From Tubulanus polymorphus (lineage: Eukaryota > Animalia > Nemertea), in contig NC_134034.1 of assembly GCF_964204645.1 (NCBI RefSeq), positions 1,798,072-1,862,071 on the forward strand: a DNA stretch of 64,000 nt, read 5' to 3'. Below are positions 9,901 through 21,893 of this stretch, piece by piece. The position numbers and the translations under genes are program-made. Each line of letters begins with the position of its first letter. Positions within the stretch are counted from its first letter, which is position 1. Below the pieces are notes generated by a model. That model searched no databases, was not told the origin of the DNA, and was given only the letters and a program-made list of their open reading frames with translations.

Positions 9901-12900
9901 TTTCTTCTGGAAAAACTCATGTTTCTTCCGCAAAAAATTGGCCGTCGGTCTTAGCAAAAAAAAAAAATAATATTCATAACCACTCGATCAGGTACGTGCA
10001 TAGACCCCCGTAAAATAATTCAAAATACTATCATGATACATCAATCCATAACGATAAGGTATGGACAAATCAACATGTCATTCATGCAAACATGTTATTT
10101 GCCCAGTTAACGTCTTTTGGAACAGGGACGCATTGTTTAAGGGCTAACCAACAATTGCTGTAAGCTCCCTACTCCTCTTACCGTTTATCGGGATCTCTTT
10201 TCAGACATTCCGAGATCATTTTTCTAAACAATTTGCTGTACTGTTTGAAACAGTCTTTATCTTCAGCTCCGGAGTCTAGGGTCGGAGGCTCGTTCTGTAG
10301 AGTTAACATCAACACCTACAGTGAAAATACATATTGAATCAAACTTCCTGATTGAGGATCCACCAGATGCGCTAGTTGTATCTGAAATGTTACTGTGGCA
10401 AATGAGGATCCACCAGGTGCGCTAGTTGTATTCGAATATTACTGTAACTGTTGAGGATTCCTTTTCTGGCAATTGAGGATCCACAAGGTGTGCCAGTTGT
10501 ATCTGAAATGTTACTGTGGCAATTGAGGATCCACCAGGTGCGCTAGTTGTATCTGAAATGTTACTGTGGCAGTTGAGGATCCACAAGGTGTGCCAGTTGT
10601 ATCTGAAATGTTACTGTGGCAATTGAGGATCCACCAGGTGCGCTAGTTGTATCTGAAATGTTACTGTGGCAGTTGAGGATCCACCAGGTGTGCTAGTAGT
10701 ATCTGAATGTAACTGGGGCAGGCAAGGAGGGAATTCACTGCAAATCATTGACTAAATTGTTGACTTGTTATATCAGATTGTTCGTCACGCACACCACCTG
10801 GTGGCGAGGCCCGTTATTACTCACCTTCATTGGAGGGTATTTATGGTAGGGGGCAGCACCGGTTGCCAGTTCGATCGCCGTGATTCCGAGACTCCAGATA
10901 TCAGCGCTGAATTTGTAACCAGTCGATAACTGGAAAAAACATATCAAATATCAAAAATATCCAGGACCTCACGTCTACAGTTCTTATACAGATTTGACTT
11001 GCGGATGAAAACATCGGAAATGAATTAAGCTTTCAGTCAAATTCAATCTGGGCCTGGTTGCATAGTCATTGTTAAGTCCAAAAGTGGTCTTAAATCTTAA
11101 CACTGGTCTCAAGTTGTAAGATTGGTTATAAAACTATGGAGGTAGACTTAAATTTACCAGTAAGCCATGACTATGGAATATTTTTATGGACACTTCTCTT
11201 GAAATTCAAACGTCTTCACATCGAGCTAACCCCTCCAACTTTAAGACTAGTCTTAAGATCGAAAACCACTTTGTGAGTTAGATCATAAAATCACGCGTCG
11301 TAAGGAATTCGATTTTCGTTTTACCTGTTCCATAACCTCCGGAGCCATCCAACACGGAGTACCAACGAACGTGTGTCGCACGGTGTCCCGCGATAAATCT
11401 TTACCCGTCGCGATCCACGCGCTTACTCCGAAATCTGTAATCAAAATCGTCGGAGTTTACACCAAGAAATACATTTTAACTCCAATGAGAGAGGGTTCAT
11501 TTTTGATTCGCAAAAGCAATTCCCCAATTATTTCATCTCTAGCCCAGAGAGTTAAGATTCGATATGCCATCATAATCGGAGCCGGAACCATCAAATGTTG
11601 GAGGATGATCAGGTAACCGGCTTGGCAACTTTTTATTGGTTGGAGCAATTTTTGAGATTCCAGATATCACCGGAGTCCCACAGATGATTCCTCCAGTGAA
11701 GCGTTGGAGTGGATCAACAAGATATCTGTGTAGAGTCAGTCTTGGAGTGAGTTTACTAGATATTACTGTATGACTCCAGCGAGTCTTGGAGTGAGTGTAC
11801 TAGATATTACTGTATGACTCCAGTCAGTCTTAATAGAGAGTGATTATACTGAATATCACCGTGTGACTCCAGCGAGTCTTGGAGTGAGTGTACTAGATAG
11901 CAATGTGTGACGCCAGTGAGTCTTAAGAGAGAGTGATTATACTAAATATCACCGTGTGACTCCAGCGAGTCTTGGAGTGAGTGTACTAGATAGCAATGTG
12001 TGACGCCAGTGAGTCTTGGAGAAGGAATTCTTTCTTACCCGCGATTCGAACGGTTCCGTCGTCTCCCATGAGAATATTTCCGGCTTTGATGTCGCGGTGA
12101 ATTTGACCGTTGGCGTGAAAATATTCGAGCCCCTTGAGAACCTCGAGCAGAACGGTAGAAATGGTCGTCTCGTCGAGCACGCCCGTACGAGAACAATTCG
12201 GCTCCGTGCGCATTTTATATTTGATTATATCCAACAGTGAACCTGAAAAAGAAAATGAAAATAATTCTAAACCGTCCGATCTAAGCACTTGCCCGGGACA
12301 AGTATATTCTCATCAGGGCAAGTAGGTTATCATTGTCCGCCGGGCTAGTGCAATTTTATGTCACAAAGCTTTTTTTCCCACTCGATATAACGGACGATAG
12401 TGCCACCCATCGGACTGCCTGTATAGGGCAAGTAGTTTTTGGAGAGGGTAAGCAACATTTCAGATATGCTTGCCCACCGGGCAAGTGGCTTTCATTCCTT
12501 AGATCGGACCCTGGTTTATGAGGGCAGAGTTACATAGATGTCACCCTACATTACCCAGGCATATCAATCTTTCAACTCAAACTCGATTGAAGTTTACCCC
12601 AGAATTCACTAAGTTGACACCAGTCTAGAACACTTCGAGCCCGGTTTGTCCCCCCCCCTGAGAATGGAAGGAACGGAATACGGATTTCGACACAGTACCT
12701 CCGCTGCACAGCTGCATGACGAGCCATAATTCATCTTTAACAACGAACGACGTGAAATAACTGACGACATTCTCGTGTTTACACTGGTGCATCGCTTGGA
12801 TCTCTTTCTGTAAGCCAGAAAAAAAAAAAACAACTAAAACGTGATTCCGACATGCGTCTTAATTCTGCTCAGGTTCCACAGAAATATTTCAGCATAAAAG

Positions 12901-15900
12901 GATCCCTACAGATCAGTTATTCCTGAATAATATCAGTTTTAAAGGAGAAAATTTCAAATTTTGAGGAGGCGTCTGCATCACTTTCATATCTCAATTACAG
13001 CAGACGCCTCCTGAATCGGTACTGTTTATCTCAGTAAACCAGTAATTCATTGGTCAGCAAATTTTTATCCTACACACTTCCTAAACTCAATTTCTAATTC
13101 GGTAACCGCCTAATTGGGTTCCTAGCACTTGGGTTTATCGGGCGCTTACCACTAACTCTTCGATAGTCGTGTTACATTTTTCGAGATTGATTCGTTTGAT
13201 TGCGCAATACTCCTGACGAGGAATACAGTAGGCCTTCTGTACAATAGCTGTAGCACCGGCACCTAAAATACAACAAAACATAAACATCCTCATTACAACT
13301 TCTCCTGACCTCATAACAACCTACTGTGACCTCCTTACAACCTCTCCTGACCTCATTACAACCTACTATGACCTCCTTACAACCTCTCCTGACCTCATTA
13401 CCTACTGTGACCTCCTTACAACCTCTCCTGACCTCATAACAACCTCTCCTGACCTACTATGACCTCCTTACAACCTCTCCTGACCTCATTACCTACTGTG
13501 ACCTCCTTACAACCTCTCCTGACCTCATAACAACCTACTGTGACCTCCTTACAACCTCTCCTGACCTCATTACCTACTGTGACCTCCTTACAACCTCTCC
13601 TGACCTCATTGCAACCTTCTATGACCTCATTACAACCTCTCCTGACCTCATTGCAACCTCTCCTGACCTCATTGCAACCTTTCCTGACCTCATTGCAACC
13701 TACTAAGACCTCCTGACCTCGTAACAACCTTCTATGACCTCATTACAACCTCTCCTGACCTCATTGCAACCTCTCCTGACCTCATTGCAACCTCTCCTGA
13801 CCTCATTACAACCTCTCCTGACCTCATTGCAACCTACTAAGACCTCCTGACCACACTATAACCTCCTTACAACGTCCTGACCTCATTATTACCCCCATAA
13901 CCTCCTTACAATCTCTTAATCCCACACCTCCCATAACCCCAGTTATTTGTTTCTGAACTCATAACCTCCATTTCTAACCCCCTTCCCTCACCTCCTTACA
14001 TCTTCGCCTGCATCTCAAGACCTGATATCACCACCTGACCTTTCACCTCACCTGAACTTCTCTATAAGACCTCCCAAGACCTCTCTGCGCCTCCCTATCT
14101 TCAACCTCCTCTGACCTGTCATCCCCTCGTTTACTTACTAGACCGAATTTACAAACCTCACGTCGCCTGCTTTTAACCTCGACCGTTCTATCATCCCGCC
14201 CTCCTCAGTCCCTTAACCTCATAACCTCGCAACCTCCCATAACAACCCTCCTGACCTCCCTTCTATTTTGTCAACCTCACAATCATATGTATGACACATA
14301 CTCAGAGGTAAATCACTCCAAAACACATCTTCTAAAGCGTATTCATCCGCATTGTTCGGCCACGGCGCGTTATTCGGCTCGTCGGGTTTTCTACGCCCGA
14401 GGAAATAGTCCGCGAAAGCTTTTATCATGAAAAACGGAGAATTGAGCGTACGACCGACCGAGCGCTAATAGTCAGTCATTTATATATCAATAATAAACAC
14501 AAGGGTTTCATAGTTACAGTAATAACTAAGGGAACCGTAAACAGATATAATTAGATACTCGTCAGGAATTTGTTTATCAACAGGTTCCTCGCGTCTCACA
14601 GCTTCAGTTCGCGCTACGCAAATAATTGTCTGATATCCAAAAACTCTACCGACGGGACTAACTCCTCGCTGGTGCCATCTTGTGGCAAAAAAATTCCAAA
14701 AATTTTCTTTTTTATTTTGACAGCAGAAACCCGATTTTTTTTTTATCAAAACGTATCCTTGCGTCACTGGTCGCCAGGAAGAACATTCAAGTTCCCCGAT
14801 TTTCAACAAAAAGAGTAAAAATTCCCTGATAATTTTGGGAAAAATACATCTGTAAATCCCTGAACTGCTTAGAACCCTGTAACCAAACCATTACCCTTAC
14901 TGACACTAGCGCCATCTAGCGGATTAGGTGACCACGCCCAACAAGTCTTGTGTTCAAGATCTCACCCAGATCCTGTTTGCTCTATTGGGAAAGTACTGTT
15001 TACAATCTAAATTTTATTGTCTGTAACCATTTTTTCATTAGGCAAAATTTTTTTTAAAGTTGGTTACCATTCTTTTTCTAAAAAAAAAAAAAAATCGAGT
15101 AGGGTGGGAGGTATTTATTTTTATCTCTTAATTAAATGTTGTGAATGATGTATGATGAATAAATAAAGCAACATTTCCACCAGAATAACTTTATCCGCGC
15201 AGGCTACCAAGCATTACAAACTTTCCGCCCTGCTACCGAGGTATTATAATGAACCCACAACCGATAAATTTGTGTCAGTTTGTCATACAGTGAACAACTT
15301 TTTGTTCACTGAAATTTACTGCTTAACTGCCCTACATTTGACATGAAACAGCTCGCTACAATTATTTCCAATTGGCTCAATTAGACGATAAAGTGGTTTT
15401 TTCTATTAGAAAAAAAAATGAGGGATTTAGTAGAGTCGGGCGAGACGCTAGACAACTCATTTTTTTATTTAGCTAATTTCATTTTGCTAGATTTTTTTTA
15501 AGTATGCAAATATTGACATTAATACGACCGGTGAAACTGTGCAATCTCAATGAACCATCATTTTTATAGGCCTAACCATTTATTTTATGTTAATTGAATG
15601 ATTGGCTTTTAATTATCAGAGTATCAGAAAAAAATAGACTCCACCATGCTGGGAGCGACTGCAGTTAGGAGTTTGCTAATTCCGTACACTTTCACCTTAC
15701 CAAACGGTAAACCATTACCCTAATAATCTTAGCACTAGCAGGATAGGACTGGCTACCTCAGCAGAAACAGATATAGGAAAATTGGGAGAAAATGGCATTT
15801 CTCGGATAAAGCATCAACGTTAATTTTTGGGTCCGCTTTTTGGGTTTTAGCGTTGTTCCGCCATTGGTTATAGGTATATTTCTTAAGTCAAAGAATTACA

Positions 15901-16485
15901 TCAGAAAGGTTGCAATTTCCGAGAGGATCAGTATAAGCCAAAGGGGTCAAATTTAGAGGTTTTAACGATCTCTATCATGTTGATGAAAAAGACAACCTCA
16001 ATGGGAAGGCAGGGGTCCAGACCCTGAGACCAACCCCTAAATCTGCCCTGCCTAGATTCGCCCCAGCTCCTGGCTGTCCGCAGTCCGAGATGAGTGGGTG
16101 TGTGTGGATTATAATGTACAACATCCAAAAATTATCATTCGAAAATCAACTTCCAAAATGAATATAAGTGTTTAAGAAATGTAATTGAAATCGCGACACA
16201 TTTTCATCGCACCAGGAGTAAAACGAGAACAGGTCCAGCTGTCGAAATGAACTCCAGAACTCTCGAACGCTTTACGCACAGACTAACCACTCTCTCGTAA
16301 ACTACCGTCATTTACACGCGATCACGTGACTGTCAACGGTTAATTCGATCGTTTTTTCGAAATTCGAAATTAACGGTTTCAGATGCGGCGATTGAACTGA
16401 GAATTTACTCACCGAGAACATCCTTCAACTCGTAATCATCTTTTTTAATCGACCACGGCACTTCCTGGTGATGATCGGCGGCCAT
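6935..16485 (-). CDS. OXSR1: STE20-family SPAK/OSR1 (fray) serine/threonine kinase, about 490 aa, 15 coding exons
   Basis: Exons 16485-16413, 13262-13150, 12807-12699, 12242-12039, 11434-11325, 10929-10825, 10315-10182, 9949-9832, 9157-9035, 8947-8906, 8817-8764, 8264-8177, 8071-8003, 7879-7818, 7003-6935; 1473 nt in frame. Motifs: [42 protein letters not shown]-motif [22 protein letters not shown] domain [18 protein letters not shown]-terminus LIGFAQLS*. Expected to be co-orthologous to vertebrate OXSR1 and STK39. Confidence 0.95.
7151..7335. mobile_element. Tc1/mariner-like MITE
   Basis: TACAGTAGACTCCTAAATCGGTAC...GTACCGATTTAGGTGTAGTCTATTGTA with TA-flanked inverted ends; partial copies at about 1290-1430 and 12995-13120. 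Confidence 0.55.
7476..7752. mobile_element. piggyBac-type MITE, second copy of the 1981-2266 family
   Basis: TTAA-CCCTTTCAGTGC...GCACTGAAAGGG-TTAA; internal sequence highly similar to the first copy. Confidence 0.85.
8285..8624. repeat. 34-bp minisatellite, 10 units, each a CTCF-like site
   Basis: Unit GTGTCACCATCTGGTGGCAGTATAGAACACTACA. Confidence 0.92.
9257..9660. repeat. 49-bp minisatellite, about 8 units, with CTCF-like core
   Basis: Unit GTGCTGCCCCCTTGTGAGCCGATATCAAAGTTCCTAGATTACACCACAA. Confidence 0.92.
10351..10715. repeat. 50-bp minisatellite, about 7 units
   Basis: Unit GAGGATCCACCAGGTGCGCTAGTTGTATCTGAAATGTTACTGTGGCAATT. Confidence 0.88.
11738..12021. repeat. About 44-bp degenerate minisatellite
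   Basis: GAGTCTTGGAGTGAGTGTACTAGATA...TGACTCCAGC repeated with alternating variants. Confidence 0.8.
13288..13890. repeat. 21-bp minisatellite
   Basis: Unit ACCTCATTACAACCTCTCCTG and variants; decays into a C-rich tract to about 14260. Confidence 0.9.
14302..14428 (-). CDS. Candidate alternative first coding exon (1b) of the SPAK/OSR1 gene
   Basis: ATG at 14428; translation [50 protein letters not shown] is paralogous to exon 1a [14 protein letters not shown]. Phase-1 donors after 14317 (GTGATT) and after 14302 (GTATGT) both fit exon 2. Confidence 0.65.
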
Positions 16486-19307
16486 TTTGACGGGTCGTAC
16501 TAATTGCCGAACGAAACCGGGCAGCGGTATGTTCATCAGTAGATTCGGTCTTGTTCATACCCGCGAACGACCACGTCACCTTCTATGCGCTGCAGCTTGG
16601 AAAGTTCGAGTTCGAATCCCATTTTAGTTGGACCGATGTCCAGATATTACGTGGGATTTTTGCAATAAATCAGAGAATGACCGGACGTTGCCTGACACTG
16701 CCCAGTGGTTGGCCGCGATCCCAGACCCATACGTGAGTCCTACATACGACAGGACAGATTGCAATGAACAGGTGCCAGACTTTCCTGTACTTGGCACTAC
16801 CCTCGCTACTCTCGGTTTCGCCGAAACGTCTGGATGACATACTCCAGAGGTCCCAGGTTAAAATCTTTGCCTTTTGGTGCCACGACTGAAAAAATCCTCG
16901 GACATTTGGTAATTGGAACTGCAAGACCCAGGACGTGTCAAAAAAATAAATAACATCGAAAGATGAACAATCCTTGTATTCTGGTGGGATTTTGAACACG
17001 GCGAAATGAAAGGTTACTTTCTGACTGATTAGGGTTTGGGTCTGGGTAAATCTCTTCCCTTATGGCCCTCTTTATCGCCTTCACACACTGAACCTTATAA
17101 TACAATACACGACTCCGTGTGAGGAAACTGTGGCTGCCGTCCCTGCATATAGTAAAAGGTCGCATGACGTTGTGATTATAACGTATGAGCCGCGAGTCGG
17201 CGCCCCGCGCGCGATCGCCTGCTCTGTGAGAGAAAGTGTGATTGATGATGATCTGTTGAGAAGTAAAAGGCTAATTTAATGTTGCAGTAATCTGTTTCCA
17301 CGTGGAGTCGGCAGACGAACCTTAATCGATTTAAACCGCGCAATAATACATTTATCATCTCGCCGCCAACGCACACACGCACGCACGCACGCGCTACTTT
17401 GCGAGAGTTCCGGTCAAACTTGCAGTTCATCTTCATCGATCATTCAGACTGCGCGGAATGGAAATTTTAATAGGATTTTAAACTCGAGTTGTCTCACTGA
17501 CATTGCCGAGGAAGGTCTCTGACTGTATAGATTATCACTAGCGGTATTACCCTCATCTCCAGCCAGTCTCTCTAAAGTTCTGGATCTGCGGCACCCAGTT
17601 TGAGACCACAGACATAGTCCTCGGACGATTTGTGGTCTTCCATTCGAAATTGTAATTTTTCAAATTCTTGTTTCAAGTTCTTGATAAGAATTTCAATGGT
17701 TAAATAAAATCTCACTTCCCTAACAACTGTGAAATTGCGCCTGTCGGATGGATTTCCTCATAGATTTCCAAACCCCGCCCGAGACCTTCGGCGTGACGTC
17801 TGTTTTATTCTGAGAAATGTCCTACTTTTATAGACCCGACCACCTTGACTTTGGCAGAACCATGTTAAGTATTTTCCGCGAGATATTTTCAGCTGTGGAA
17901 AATGTAAAAAAAAGTTGGTTGCACGCAAACAAACCACTTCTGGGTTAGAGGCGAAAAATGAAAAAAAAATGGCGGCGTTGATTACGTGCATTATATCCCG
18001 TTAAAAAACCGTTGAATTTGAAATTCGAATGCATGCCATTTTAACCGATGGTGAATAGCTCAATAAAACGGGGAAGTTAAATTGAGTAGAGAAGGGGAAG
18101 GCGGGTGAGAGCGACTGTGAATGGTTATTAAGGAGTGGAGCGGATCGCGCGGCCCGCGGCAATTTCTCATTACCACGTGCGATCGACAAGCGGATATAAC
18201 TTCCGGTTTGCCGGCGGCACCTTGCGACGTTACACCGAACTTCACGGCGCAGACGATGCCGCCGTGTGTTGTGCGTTGACATACCTCCTGGTGGTTTCGA
18301 GACTCAATCGAGCTCAGGCGCAACACACGCCGAGACACCGGGAGTGTTTTCGAAAACTGTGGTTACTTCGAGTGTCTATAAGGGTTAGCAATTTGTAACG
18401 CAACTCTCCGCGGCGGCTCTTTAAGAGGAAAAGAAATTCTAACTGAATTGTATTTGTTTTCCTGTTTCTTTCTACTCAAGAGAGAACCTGCCCAAGATCA
18501 TCTCAGCTGAAATCGAAACCCATTGGAGAATACAAGTTTGGGAATAAAAACCTACCGGACTGACGAAGAAAGGTTACTTAGGACATATAGAGACTAGCGC
18601 CCCCTATAAGGTGTCATGATTCAGAGTCGGGACGAATCTAGGGTTTAAATTTGGGGGAGAAAAAAGGGGCACCTGTTGGCCATAAAGGCACCGTATCATC
18701 TGCACGGCACCATATGTGGGCAACGTAGCAAGCGAAGCAAAAAAAGGGCGTCCATAAAATGCTTGATTTTCAACGCCATTTTAGTGCCTGGGCACTTCTG
18801 AGAACATGTCACGCTACAGAAAGGATTTCAAAATTTCAAGACATTTTTAGGGCACTTGAATTTGAATTTTGTATTTTTCTTCGCAGAGACTTTTTTTCTT
18901 TCAGACTTCTCGAAGGTCACATTCGAATTTTGAAGGTACGGTCCACCGGGTCTTATTCCCGTAAAATCCGCCATTGGACAGAGAGACTGACGAACATCCA
19001 CGCGATACAACAACGACACGCTATATTAAGCGCCCCAGTTGAATCAAGGCGTACAACAGACATGCCCGATATGAATGATAGTACAGTGACACTATGCTGC
19101 GTGTACAAGAGTGCAACGAATGCAGATTTCGTGACTGTTGTTTGTAATTAACCAATTGTAGGCAATAATTAAACGAACTGTCACTCATATCTCTAGAGCT
19201 TTACATTAGTTAAACATAAGACGACGTCGACCTTCAGGACAAACCGATACAATTATCGGTTTCACATTATTTACGTTTCTAGGTCTGACGTTGTGAATTC
19301 CGCGCGT

Positions 19308-19403
19308 CTGGCTATGGTGCGGCTATGGTGCGGCTGTGGTGCGGCGTGGTGCGGCGTGGTGCGGCGTGGTGCGGCTGTGGTGCGGCTGTGGTGCGGCGTG
19401 GTG
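19308..19403. repeat. 10/11-bp tandem repeat
   Basis: (GTGGTGCGGC[T])n. Confidence 0.85.
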
Positions 19404-19759
19404 CGGCGTGGTGCGGCGTGGTGACGAGTCAGTCACCCACGTTCTAACATAGGAGTTCCGGCACCGACTCTGTGGCAAGATTCCCTTACGATCCGCTAGG
19501 TGTCACTGCGCTGAAATATCTTCGAATTCTTCTTCCACGAGTGTGGTTAGAGTGTGGTAAATAAATCTTATCCAATCTTACCTTTCGAATCAACTTTTTT
19601 CCATTAAGGTATATATTTTCAGCAAGATCTATATGAAACGCTTGAGTTAGAAAGTGAATCTGATATCTATGCAATAGATTTGTTGGATAATTTTCGTTTT
19701 TAGAAGCCTACAAATCTCAATTTTCATTGAAATTTCATTGAAAATTAACTTAATTTCAG

Positions 19760-21433
19760 TACGAATAGCCCAGTGAAATGTTGCGCCATCTCGTGAGTGC
19801 CACCGGTACCCAATAGCACCCACGGCGTTATCGAACCCGACCCAAAGACCGGTGGCCTTCGGACACTGGCAACTATACCGTGCGCGCACTCCCTCTTCCC
19901 GCCTGGGACCAGCTGAACCCCTGAGGCTTTATTGGTAACAATGATGCAGATAACCCGTGGAAGGTGAATTATGTGTGGATCTTGTATCAATTAGATAGTT
20001 TTGTGTATTATGGTAATAGCAGGTTGAATATGAACGTGTAAATGGCCGTAGACTTGTCCGTGACGGGAATAATGTACGCCGGCCTCACTGGTCAGTAAGC
20101 ATCACCCATCCAGCGCGTGGAATAACCTCGTTCAGGACGAACTTCGGTTATCGGAGTTATAGTCGACTATTTGCGAACTAAGTGAATCCGAATGTCAGTT
20201 AGTCGAAACTAAAGTCCGGAAATAGTCGACGGACCACGGGATTTGAGCACGGCTCGCTGTAGTTCGGACCTGCGGTCAAACTCCGATATACCGCCCTCCC
20301 ATAAACCGCCATCCCCGCCTACCGCCAGGTTTTCTCAATGTACATCTCAATACAAATACATAGTAAAACAACCCCGATATACCGCCATACTCTCTATACC
20401 GCCAAAATCGTTTTGCACCGATGTGGGCCGTATGATCGGGGGTTGGTTGTAATTCTAAGATGGCCGACACTGTGAAATGCGTAAGACGAAACTATAGTGC
20501 GTTCGATTAGTTCCGACCACTAGTCGAGAGACTTATCACGAAATCCGAGGTTCGCTTAGTCCGTCACGGTAACTTCTCAGACTGTGTTAATACTATATCT
20601 GCTGCAACAGAAATTCTGAGAAAATTGTCAGCTGTATCTTTCGGTCACAGACCTAAAAATAATCGATACTCGGCCATACATCTGACGTCTGGACGCTTGA
20701 CCGCGAGACGCAAAGCTCTGTTCTAGTTCTGAGTCGTTCATCACCGCATGCAACCCCGACTGCTGGTGTAAATACCCTCCAGGTTACTATACCACCAGGC
20801 TCTCACTTTCCCCTCACCCAACTCGATCAGATCAGATTCCGTTTGACCTCGACTGGTAACGAGTTCACCTTTCGTCTGATCTCGTCTGCCCAGGGGATCA
20901 ATCAGACGACACTGGAATACTTTATATCCGTATCAATTCACATCATGGAGCAGACGTTAACGATCTCTAATCAGCAGGACCCCGCAATTCGGAATCTATA
21001 CGTGGCGCCCTCTAGACGCCGATCCAAGGTTAATGAGATCCAAGGCAATATTGCAAGCGAGAAAACCTTGGGAACTTGATTATGAAATTAGCACTTTTTG
21101 TGTGTATATCATCACACGTCGTGGTCGTGAAGCCAATACGGGGGTCTGGACGATCATTTCCAGAAAATCATGAAATTCTAGGACTCACGGCATTTATAGA
21201 GGTTTTATACTTTTTCTCAGATGAAGCAGAGACGCACAGAAGGCCTCGAGCGGTGTTTGGAAATTTATGGAGAAATCCATCCGAACAGGTGCAATTTCTG
21301 TAAGGATGAGTGTCCAATTTTCAGGTTCGAACACGATCTGTGCATCTGTGACGAACCGGGCTACCTCAATGGATTCAATTTCATCACCGCTGATACCCTA
21401 AAACCGGAGTTAACTTTAATATCCAGTCTATAA
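19760..21433 (+). pseudogene. Probable decayed multi-exon gene of unknown family
   Basis: AG/GT-bounded blocks 19760-19963 (204 nt), 20023-20094 (72 nt), 20651-21028 (378 nt) and 21221-21433 join in phase 0 without frameshift. There are five in-frame stops, all near the 5' end; the last about 190 codons are open and end in a Cys-rich segment. Confidence 0.4.
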
Positions 21434-21555
21434 AATCTTGCCTAGCTTATAGATTTCCCTCGAGGAAAAAAATAATATACCATCAAAAATATGGTCGGTG
21501 AAATGCGAAAGTGCACTTGAAATCTAGACCGTTTTCTTTTTGGTATATGGTTCCC

Positions 21556-21893
21556 ACCCCTGCTGTGGTAGTGGCACCCCTGCTGTGGTAGTGACACCCC
21601 TGCTGTGGTAGTGGCACCACTACTGTGGTAGTGGCACCCCTGCTGTGGTAGTGGCACCCCTGCTGTGGTTGTGGCACCCCTGCTGTGGTAGTGGCACCCC
21701 TGCTGTGGTAGTGGCACCCCTGCTGTGGTAGTGGCACCCCTGCTGTGGTTGTGGCACCCCTGCTGTGGTAGTGGCACCCCTGCTGTGGTAGTGGCACCCC
21801 TGCTGTGGTAGTGACACCCCTGCTGTGGTAGTGGCTACCCTGCTGTGGTAGTGGCACCCCTGCTGTGGTAGTGGCACCCCTGCTGTGGTTGTG
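21556..21893. repeat. 20-bp minisatellite, about 17 units
   Basis: Unit ACCCCTGCTGTGGTAGTGGC. Confidence 0.92.

Noticed and set aside
16530-17760. Protein-like minus-strand ORF fragments just upstream of SPAK/OSR1 exon 1a
   Set aside because: Broken by stops and frame changes, with no motif I can assign; possibly a decayed element but unsupported.
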